The notes beneath the pieces were generated by a model. The model was not told the DNA's origin, did no database searches, and was given only the letters and a program-made list of their open reading frames with translations. A DNA stretch of 64,000 nucleotides from sequence record OP079919.1, one strand, 5' to 3'. This document shows, in pieces, positions 56,169 to 64,000 of the stretch (position 1 is its first letter; each line of letters begins with the position of its first letter). The translations under genes and the position numbers were made by a program.

Positions 56169-57494
56169 ATGATTGACGTCAGTTTTCTCCGTCCTGCTAA
56201 GGTGGGTGGGATGGAGTTTATGGATTTCCAATACACCAATTTCTTCGACGAACTCAGCAGGGCCTTTGATGACGTAATTGTCGAGGGTGAATTAAAGGAA
56301 ATTCCTGATGAGGTTCTTGGGCTTGTGCGCAAGTATACCGGATTTAGCAATATCGAAATTAATTTGGTAGAGGTGGGCAATCTTGCTATTGAAGCCGGGT
56401 ATTTAAATCCCAATAATGTGTTCAATATTGAGAATATTGAAAAATATCTTCCTCGGTCTGAGTCTACTTTGTACCGTTGGTTCACCGGAAATAAACAAAC
56501 GTTCTTTAAAGGTACAATAGATTATCAAACGGGATCCGTTGGCGGTGCTTACGCCGAACTACCCTTCCGCCTATTTGTTAATTCCCGCCTTAATACGTTT
56601 TTATCCAAATCGTTCCTGGACAAGTACAAGGCTAGTCAAGGTCAGGCGTTAGCCGCTGCATTTATTCATGAGTTGGGCCACGCATTTGGCGCGATCATGA
56701 TGATCCATCAATCCGTTTACGATGCCATCACCGTAAGAACAGCGGTTGATTTCTTTACTCGAGCTAAAACGCCTAAAGATCGCGTTACCGTAATAAAGGA
56801 CGGTTACCGGTTACTCGACCCAGATGCTAAATCCGATCAGAAAATCGAAAGCGAAATCGCGAACGCCGAAGACGGTAATGAATTCGTTATTTTTCTGTCC
56901 AAGATAGCCTCGCAACGTAACCTCAAACGCAGTTTAAGCTTGGGCGTCACTAAGATGAACTCTGAGGTTGTTGCGGACGCTTATTCGGTCAGAATGGGGT
57001 GCGGACGATCTCTTGCCGTGGCAATAGGGTCAATAACTAAGAACAGTCATTTAGGTCAGCTAGTACTTACTTTGCTGTTGTCCCTCATGACTGCGTTTTA
57101 CAGCGCTTCTCTTTCTCTTACCGTCGGCGGTATCATGGGCGTCGGCGCCCTAGTAGTCTTCTCCTTGCTTTTTTACATGGGTAACAATACGCCGGATGTC
57201 TATAATTCAGAACACCGTAGAATGACCGACATTCTTACTCAGATGATCGGCAAGCTGAAAGATAATAAATTTATTTCAGCTCAAGATAAACAAAAGTACT
57301 TGGGTCAGATTATCGAAACTCAGAAACTCATTGATGAGAACAAACCCTTCATTGAGGGTTCCGTTTTCCAATCGATGTGGATGTGGTTAAAGAGCGGATC
57401 CGATGCTAAGTTAACCAATATCGAACATTATACTTCGCTTATTGCTAACAGCAAAACGAATGTATTGTCAGAACAATTTAATTCCCTTTCCTAG
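56169..57494 (+). CDS. Putative head/ejection protein with HExxH motif and hydrophobic segments (phiKZ gp84-like by synteny)
   Basis: 441 aa; HELGH at 56667-81, EVVAD at 56964-78, two hydrophobic helices near the C-terminus. Confidence 0.55.
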   Translation: MIDVSFLRPAKVGGMEFMDFQYTNFFDELSRAFDDVIVEGELKEIPDEVLGLVRKYTGFSNIEINLVEVGNLAIEAGYLNPNNVFNIENIEKYLPRSESTLYRWFTGNKQTFFKGTIDYQTGSVGGAYAELPFRLFVNSRLNTFLSKSFLDKYKASQGQALAAAFIHELGHAFGAIMMIHQSVYDAITVRTAVDFFTRAKTPKDRVTVIKDGYRLLDPDAKSDQKIESEIANAEDGNEFVIFLSKIASQRNLKRSLSLGVTKMNSEVVADAYSVRMGCGRSLAVAIGSITKNSHLGQLVLTLLLSLMTAFYSASLSLTVGGIMGVGALVVFSLLFYMGNNTPDVYNSEHRRMTDILTQMIGKLKDNKFISAQDKQKYLGQIIETQKLIDENKPFIEGSVFQSMWMWLKSGSDAKLTNIEHYTSLIANSKTNVLSEQFNSLS

Positions 57495-57503
57495 AGGTAT
57501 GAC

Positions 57504-57902
57504 ATGTCACATTTAGCCCACACCATCACCCTGAAGAGCAAACTCTTAGAGTTGGGGGTTACTGACCCTGCGGATCAAAAACGTATTGTTGAGAACGCTT
57601 ATGTTCGTGCGCTGGTAAAATACCTGTTTACCTACAAATATGTTTTCTCCGGATACACCGAAGAAGTCGAATCCAATATTTACCGCCGTCTGGCCAAGTG
57701 GAATGAGATCTCGCCTATTAACGGCCCTTTCATTGTCGAGAAACTCAAAGCGATCGTTCGCAATCTGAAAAACGAAGCGCTGGCTGGCGGTCAGTTCACC
57801 CCAATTAAAAACGCGAACGAAACTTTCGATGAACTGAGTTCGGAAGAGTTTATCAAATTGATGGACTGGTTGTTCGGAGAGATGGTGACCGGTAATGACT
57901 GA
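57504..57902 (+). CDS. Small virion protein (phiKZ gp85-like by synteny)
   Basis: 132 aa, GAGG SD. Confidence 0.55.
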   Translation: MSHLAHTITLKSKLLELGVTDPADQKRIVENAYVRALVKYLFTYKYVFSGYTEEVESNIYRRLAKWNEISPINGPFIVEKLKAIVRNLKNEALAGGQFTPIKNANETFDELSSEEFIKLMDWLFGEMVTGND

Positions 57903-59400
57903 TAAAAAAGATCCTGTTGTTACCACCTATCCTTTAATTGGAGAAGGTGGTAAAGTGGTCCCGGGAGACCAAGAAGAACAATTGATCGATCTCGACGCCG
58001 CCTACAAGAAGACAGGTGAAACGAAAACCAATGAGCTTGTAGAAGGCCTGGAGCGTTACATCAACCAAAAAATTCTCGGTAAACGGGAAATGGAATTAGC
58101 TGGAGTTAAAGGAGGGGAGAATTTTGATCCCCTCCCATCCAGACGTAATGCCGTGTTGGGAGGAGAATCTTTCCTCACCGCTGTAAAAGACGGTTTTTTG
58201 AAGATCATTGATTTCATTATCAAGTTTATCAAAGGCGCAGTTAACTGGGTTATCGAACGCATTAAAGTCTTACTGGGCTTTAGTAAGACAAAGGCCGAGA
58301 TTAAAGCCTGCGAAGACGCCAGATCTGATATGGAGAAAGAGGTCAAATCCACCCTGTCTGGATTCGGAATCAACCCTTCTTTCTACAGCCTGGATCAGCT
58401 GGTTGAATCCGCGCCTCGTGGTATCGATCGGGTCGAAATGATTAAATACCTTTCAGCCAAATCTAAAAACGAAACCGAGATGGCGAAAGCACTCACTGGT
58501 GTTATTCCTGACCTGACAACACTGACCCGTAAGTTAAGAGATTCTTCCGATAGCTTGACTAAACGGTACAAGCGATTCAAAGTTGTTCTGGAAGACACCC
58601 GTAAGAAATTGGCCGCTAATAGAGTTGGAGATGCTGACGCTTACGAGCTGTCTAAAGCCATCAAAGACGTTATGGTCATTTCCGAAGACTATGGAGATGT
58701 GGTCGCTTCTTTGTCTGCGGTTGTATCTAAACTGTATGGGGTTAATCTCGATGACTCTAAAATCCTTAAAGAGGGATTTGGTGTTCTACGAGAAAATATC
58801 GCCCGAAATCGTGCGGTTGCAACCAGTAAGCTCAATCCGGAAAAACTGACCGGTCTTTACGCTGAAATCGGAACGTTAAATAACCGGATTATTTCTGAAT
58901 CGGGTAATACGTTCGATTTATCTCACGTCGACACTAAAGTTCTAAAAGAAGTGGTCTCTTTGGATGACGCCAATTTCATCAATAATTTATCTGATGTGGT
59001 CGGTAATCGTCAACTCATTGCAGACTATCAGGCTATGGCTGTTTCCGTCAGGGACTTTACTGCGATTCTGGAATCGTCTTCTGCTATTTGCGCTGACATC
59101 TCCCGTGAAATTGCCAACTTCACTAAGTGGAAAAATAACGTGGATATGTACCTAGCGGTAGCGGTCACAGAAGATCTTAAACTGATCGCTTCTACACTGA
59201 TCGCTTCTGCGGGAGCCGGGGAATATGATCTCGACAAGTTAGGTAAGAGCAAACCTGTTGTTCTACCTGAACCTGGCCTGGTCAAGAAGACCGGTTTGAT
59301 CACCCAGGAAATTCTCGACGCCGATCTCCATGGTGTTACTACCGCTGTTAACAATTTTGCGAAAACTGCGGGACTCAACGTGAGGGTTAAACCACGATGA
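57895..59400 (+). CDS. Helical internal head protein (phiKZ gp86-like by synteny)
   Basis: 501 aa; acidic N-terminal propeptide ending near GGES/GGEN followed by FLKIIDFIIKFIK amphipathic helix, typical of phiKZ-type processed head proteins. Confidence 0.55.
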   Translation: MTDKKDPVVTTYPLIGEGGKVVPGDQEEQLIDLDAAYKKTGETKTNELVEGLERYINQKILGKREMELAGVKGGENFDPLPSRRNAVLGGESFLTAVKDGFLKIIDFIIKFIKGAVNWVIERIKVLLGFSKTKAEIKACEDARSDMEKEVKSTLSGFGINPSFYSLDQLVESAPRGIDRVEMIKYLSAKSKNETEMAKALTGVIPDLTTLTRKLRDSSDSLTKRYKRFKVVLEDTRKKLAANRVGDADAYELSKAIKDVMVISEDYGDVVASLSAVVSKLYGVNLDDSKILKEGFGVLRENIARNRAVATSKLNPEKLTGLYAEIGTLNNRIISESGNTFDLSHVDTKVLKEVVSLDDANFINNLSDVVGNRQLIADYQAMAVSVRDFTAILESSSAICADISREIANFTKWKNNVDMYLAVAVTEDLKLIASTLIASAGAGEYDLDKLGKSKPVVLPEPGLVKKTGLITQEILDADLHGVTTAVNNFAKTAGLNVRVKPR

Positions 59401-60077
59401 ACGAAACCCTAGAAAAATTGCTGAGTAACGCGCTGACCCATGACAGCGATTGGGAAGCTGACGCTCAACAATTTAAAGAAGGTATAAAGGAGATTCATCA
59501 GCTCCTGGAACGTCGACTGGATGCCAAGCTTCTGATGGAAGCTCTCGCTTTCTTCGATGCGTGTGAAGAAACGATTATCGACGTAAGAGCCAGGATGGTA
59601 ACAGGTCCTTCTAAAGTCAATAACGATCTTTTCTATAATTTCTGTAAATTTAAATACACGCAGAAAATTATGGGGATCTCAGTATTGGCGGACGGCGTTT
59701 TAGTCGCTAAGGATTTCGATACCGCTATTGGTGCGATGGTTGATGATTTGTTTAAATCGCTTAATCAATCCACTGATAACGATCGTTTCCATAAAGCGAT
59801 TTGTCTTCGTCGTGATGTGAAACGACTTAAGATTGCACTGGAAGATCCGTATACGTTTAATCTCGGTGTGGATTGGACAGCCATTGAACCAAAAGAAGAT
59901 TACATTGAAGACTCGACAGATCTTGACTTCCTGAAAGAATCGAGGGAACGTCTTGCCGTCAATGAAACATCTTACGAGTTCTGGGCGATCGAAAATCGTA
60001 TCCGTCAAATCACGTCGGAGAATTACATTCGTCGTTCGTTCTTAGAACGTCTTGGTCTTTACTACAAAAAAGATTAA
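59397..60077 (+). CDS. Hypothetical protein
   Basis: 226 aa, ATGA overlap. Confidence 0.6.
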   Translation: MNETLEKLLSNALTHDSDWEADAQQFKEGIKEIHQLLERRLDAKLLMEALAFFDACEETIIDVRARMVTGPSKVNNDLFYNFCKFKYTQKIMGISVLADGVLVAKDFDTAIGAMVDDLFKSLNQSTDNDRFHKAICLRRDVKRLKIALEDPYTFNLGVDWTAIEPKEDYIEDSTDLDFLKESRERLAVNETSYEFWAIENRIRQITSENYIRRSFLERLGLYYKKD

Positions 60078-60083
60078 TGTTAA

Positions 60084-60114
60084 ATACTCCTCCTACCCTA
60101 GGGTAGGAGGAGTA
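60084..60114. terminator. Bidirectional terminator
   Basis: 14-bp stem ATACTCCTCCTACC / GGTAGGAGGAGTAT. Confidence 0.8.
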
Positions 60115-60118
60115 TAGT

Positions 60119-63034
60119 TTAGGATTTATGCAATTTAAAGTTTAAAGTAATATCTTCAGCAATTGTCAACAACGTGTTATTGTTGTTGTTCAACACTTTA
60201 CGAATACTGAACCCAGTTGTAGCATCTTTGTTACTAATGACATCAATGCTGGTAGAACCCGCAAACGATTCCAGTTTTATATCAACCACATCGTCACCAG
60301 AAATATCTTTAAGTGCGGAGATAAGACTGGAGTTAGAAATGGTTGAGTTGGCCAGCATGTTGTTGATAGTCTCAGGATATGTGTTAGCGAGACTGGTCTG
60401 CAACGCATCCGACTCATACCCATTTTTGGTTAAGTAAACCGTAATGGAGAAACTGAGATCGCTCCTAATCGTCGTTTCGATATCAGCGTTGATGATGACA
60501 TCGATATTCCCGATCTTAGCTTTAGGAAGAAACTTAACTTTGGTTTCGTCCAGGCTTCGATTGTTAATCGCTGTCATATCTTGCTTGATATTATCAGTCA
60601 GATAGGTTTTGGTCGACTCATCGAAATCTTTATCGTACGTATCGGTCGTGAAGAAGTAAGAGCCATCAAACCCTAAGAAGTCGAAGCTGTACTGCAGCTT
60701 CCTAGGTTCAACTTCCACGTTGTTACCGTCGGCGTCTTTAACAAAATCGCCGATGAGATATTTGTACGTCGGATTGCCCTGAGCGTCCAGAATAGGGTCA
60801 CCTTTCTTATGCAAGAAGATCGGAAGACCATCATTGCCTAAAACCAGTTTCCCTTCGGCATCACGCTGAGGATAATCTTTATCATAAGTATCCGGAACGT
60901 TATAAGTGTACTTCTGATAACGTGCGTCGCCAGTGATCGGTCGGATACGAGTGTACATGTAATCGAGGCTCTGCCCCAGAGTAATGTTCCACTGCGTTTC
61001 GATAATCGCTTGCATATCAGCAGAGAAAAGACTAGAGGCGATTTTGTTGTCGCTATCTGATCTGTTCGTTGCATCATCAGTAGTTTTTAACAGAAGGAAA
61101 CTGAATGCGTTAGTCAGACTACTTGGGATATTATTTGCGTCCGCGTCGTACTGAGTCAGGTTGTTAAGATAAAGCAAATCGTTGTTATCGATGTCAAAGT
61201 TGCTCGATAACACAAACTGCCAAATCCTTTCACCGGAACTGTTGACCCCTACCAATTCACCCTTAACAGATGCGAGCGCTGCTGCGTTAGCTGGGGTGAA
61301 ACAGAGTTGTGCTCCGACCTCACTATCCTCCAAAGCCTTGTACTCTTTACCAGACTTACAAACAAGAGTAAAGACGTAGCCCGTTTTCGTTACGGAGACG
61401 TTAATACTTGATACACCGAGCTCTATCCCCAGGTTGGTGTTCTCGTATAAGAATCTCTGGTAGTTACCGGTAGGAGAATCCATCCGGTACATTCTTAACG
61501 ACGCTTGATTGTCGGTAAGATCCATGACGTAATGGAACGGAGTGTAAACCAACGCATTCCCATTGACGTAGTTGGAAATAGCCTCAAACCCGGAATTCTG
61601 GATAGCGGTTAATTCCGTTAAGGGAACTATCCTGGTCGTCGTTTTCGAAATATCGAATACCGTCCTGCTCGGTATAGTGATCCGTTCGCCATTGTCAAAC
61701 ACCATTCCTGTCGCTACCAAATCTTCGGCACTTTGCAGAATCGATCCGATGTAGGTGTTCATGCTAGAAACCATCCCGTCTTTATTAGACTGAGCAGGAA
61801 GATCTCTGGATGCCTTGTACAAGCGATTGGTGATGTAATCAATGGAAAGTACTTCGTCGTAACCACGGTCTTCAATATTGTAAGAATATTGATTAGGGGT
61901 AATCGGTAAACTATCTCGGCGATTACCGTAGATGGCCGCCCGACGAACACTTTCAAAACTACGAGGATTCGCCCCACCCGTTACAGCGTTCACGGTAATC
62001 CAGGCTTGGTTATTCGCTTCCAACAACGGCGAGGAGTATACGCCCAATTGGTTGTTGTCGTAATTATAGTCGAGATATTCCGGTGTGTGATCTGCAACAC
62101 TGATCGTTTTAAGATCCTGTTCGTAATAACCGACCGTCGTATAAACGTACAACGCGATCTTACCTACGCCCAACCCGCTCGTTATATACGCAACCGGAAC
62201 TTCATAGGTAAACGAACCGTTATCATTATCCAGGGAGATAACCAAAGTCGGCACAGTCGTATCGAAGTTGGCTTTGTTGTAGCTAATAGCCATCTCGGCA
62301 GTGCTGCCGTCTGAATAAGTGATAAAGGCACGGATGGCGTAAAGATAGTTACTGAAATAAAAGGTGTCTTTAGCCAAGCCGGAGGCTGCCGTTGTCGCGA
62401 TATTGAACTTAGGTGTGTTGTTCAATTGACGAACAGGAACGAGGATGCGGAGGAACTTAACGTTGCTGATAACAACGTAGTCGGTATCCAGTACGTTCTC
62501 TGAAATTGGATTGAGCGGATTGTTGACAGTTGAATCATAAACAACGCTATGGCCGCCATGTTCCATTAAACGAATTTCGAAACCGTTTTCAATACTGAAG
62601 TAAGTGGAGTTAACCAGAATTCGAGTATCTTTAGGAACCAGCAGTTTCCGATATTTGTTTACTACCGCGCCGTCTTCTTCCTGGTATTCGACAGCCAGAC
62701 GTTTTATCTCACTCACCGGAATAAGATAAGCCATCGTTGTACTGCTAGGGACCCCGAGCAAACCGTACCATTCTTCATCAGATAGGTTACGGCTGAGATC
62801 AGACATGTTCCTCGCCTGGTTTTTATACATCTGAGCAGCTGCGTCACTATGACGACTCAGCAAAGTATATGCCTCGCCCACGATCATATCCATAGCTGTG
62901 ATAAATGGATGCGTGGGGCTGTTAAAGGCGATGTTTTTACCTGACCATGCTTCTTCGATCATGGAGAGTACATTAGGAATAACTCGAGTGGGGTTATTCG
63001 ATATTTTTTCTAAGTCGGAGTAGGAATAACTCAT
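60119..63034 (-). CDS. Large virion protein, probably baseplate (phiKZ gp87-like by synteny)
   Basis: 971 aa, beta-rich; VTGGANPRSF..RR segment reminiscent of baseplate wedge proteins. Confidence 0.55.
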   Translation of the reverse strand: MSYSYSDLEKISNNPTRVIPNVLSMIEEAWSGKNIAFNSPTHPFITAMDMIVGEAYTLLSRHSDAAAQMYKNQARNMSDLSRNLSDEEWYGLLGVPSSTTMAYLIPVSEIKRLAVEYQEEDGAVVNKYRKLLVPKDTRILVNSTYFSIENGFEIRLMEHGGHSVVYDSTVNNPLNPISENVLDTDYVVISNVKFLRILVPVRQLNNTPKFNIATTAASGLAKDTFYFSNYLYAIRAFITYSDGSTAEMAISYNKANFDTTVPTLVISLDNDNGSFTYEVPVAYITSGLGVGKIALYVYTTVGYYEQDLKTISVADHTPEYLDYNYDNNQLGVYSSPLLEANNQAWITVNAVTGGANPRSFESVRRAAIYGNRRDSLPITPNQYSYNIEDRGYDEVLSIDYITNRLYKASRDLPAQSNKDGMVSSMNTYIGSILQSAEDLVATGMVFDNGERITIPSRTVFDISKTTTRIVPLTELTAIQNSGFEAISNYVNGNALVYTPFHYVMDLTDNQASLRMYRMDSPTGNYQRFLYENTNLGIELGVSSINVSVTKTGYVFTLVCKSGKEYKALEDSEVGAQLCFTPANAAALASVKGELVGVNSSGERIWQFVLSSNFDIDNNDLLYLNNLTQYDADANNIPSSLTNAFSFLLLKTTDDATNRSDSDNKIASSLFSADMQAIIETQWNITLGQSLDYMYTRIRPITGDARYQKYTYNVPDTYDKDYPQRDAEGKLVLGNDGLPIFLHKKGDPILDAQGNPTYKYLIGDFVKDADGNNVEVEPRKLQYSFDFLGFDGSYFFTTDTYDKDFDESTKTYLTDNIKQDMTAINNRSLDETKVKFLPKAKIGNIDVIINADIETTIRSDLSFSITVYLTKNGYESDALQTSLANTYPETINNMLANSTISNSSLISALKDISGDDVVDIKLESFAGSTSIDVISNKDATTGFSIRKVLNNNNNTLLTIAEDITLNFKLHKS

Positions 63035-64000
63035 TTAGCAGTCCACCATTCTAATTCCATGGTACTTAAGTTTATCCAAGGATAAACGTTGTATTGTTTT
63101 TCTAAGAATTCACTAGGTTGTATTTGACGATAGTAAGAGGAACGCTGGTCATCACCCATGTTCGGATTAAAGAATACGGTAGCACCATTAAATCCGTCAA
63201 CGACCTCAAATGTATCGAACCTCGCCCCAACACTACTGAACTGAATTGTCAGTTCATCTTGTCCTTGACCGCGTCTGACAGTACTCTCGTTATCAATCGC
63301 TGACATAGCACCCATGGGGTAAGTCACGGGGATGGATTGAACTGTCATGTACATGCTTTCTATATTTCGTAAGTTTTTGTTCATAATGAAATGATAGATG
63401 CGACAGTCGAAATCCCAGTAGTTACCGGCCAGCGCCTCAAGAGAAGGCTCCATCTCATTATCACCTAATCTCACTTCGGGAATATAGCTTTCCCAAGTTT
63501 GGAAGATATAGGGAATAATACCTGGTTTTGGATTATAGAACGTCGTATTGATCGTCAGTGGTCCGTTCTCATCCAAAATGCCAACGGGAGCCTGATGGAC
63601 CTCGTTACGAATTCCTGGATTGCTTTTCCTGACTTCTAAATCTAAATCAGGGAACCCGTTACTGGCTTTACATAAGTTAGTTAGCGGCGCAATCCAGGCT
63701 AATTTATTGTCGAGATCCGGATGCGGATAAAGGTTAGCTGAGCGATAATCCAATAACCCCCTGACATAAGCAGGAAGGCTATCAGTTTGTGCTTTATAGA
63801 AAGGGGCGAATCGAGGAGATTTTACAACGTTATCGTCTTCGAGATTTAAAACAGGGCGGGTGACGAAAAATAATCCTATGACGTTGTCTGCAATAGGCGT
63901 CATCTGTACGCCTGGTCCCAGAATACGGATTCCCTTTAAAGTATTTGCGAGGGGTGATGTATAGGAGGAACCTCCATTTGCTGTAAACACATCATCAAAG
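63031..64000 (-). CDS. Virion protein (phiKZ gp88-like by synteny), 5' end outside window
   Basis: Frame stays open upstream of the track GTG at 63990 (..FDDVFTAN..); stop overlaps the next ATG. Confidence 0.55.
   Translation of the reverse strand, partial: FDDVFTANGGSSYTSPLANTLKGIRILGPGVQMTPIADNVIGLFFVTRPVLNLEDDNVVKSPRFAPFYKAQTDSLPAYVRGLLDYRSANLYPHPDLDNKLAWIAPLTNLCKASNGFPDLDLEVRKSNPGIRNEVHQAPVGILDENGPLTINTTFYNPKPGIIPYIFQTWESYIPEVRLGDNEMEPSLEALAGNYWDFDCRIYHFIMNKNLRNIESMYMTVQSIPVTYPMGAMSAIDNESTVRRGQGQDELTIQFSSVGARFDTFEVVDGFNGATVFFNPNMGDDQRSSYYRQIQPSEFLEKQYNVYPWINLSTMELEWWTAK

Noticed and set aside
56306-56345. Other CTGATGA occurrences as further hammerheads (also about 38153 and 48650)
   Set aside because: Inside coding sequence, with no stem II-GAAA-stem III continuation.

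Overview
This 64 kb window reads as part of a nucleus-forming jumbo phage genome (phiKZ-like, Chimalliviridae). The host is probably enterobacterial, judged from the codon bias of the highly expressed genes. Evidence is catalytic motifs plus phiKZ-like gene order: tail sheath start, three virion genes, terminase with a LAGLIDADG intein, thymidylate kinase, PhuZ tubulin, two halves of a split family-B DNA polymerase, chimallin, non-virion RNAP subunits, an SbcD-like nuclease, ChmC/gp68/PicA/gp70 positional homologs, an SF2 helicase, a virion RNAP beta' fragment and head/baseplate genes. Names such as gp68 or PicA come from synteny and sequence character, not database searches. The most unusual part is the largely non-coding 16.0-19.3 kb interval just upstream of phuZ. 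It holds (i) an origin-like element, an almost pure A/T core bracketed by GC-rich inverted repeats and alternating purine-pyrimidine tracts, and (ii) a complete type I hammerhead ribozyme (18097-18169) whose cleavage would set the 5' end of a ~630 nt densely structured RNA matching no ncRNA class I recognise, with more structured RNA on both sides. Other points: a class 3 intein starting with Asn, a monocistronic 41-aa membrane peptide missed by the ORF track, a candidate early promoter (ATTAT-N5-TGTA), and an HExxH...ExxAD motif in a putative head protein.
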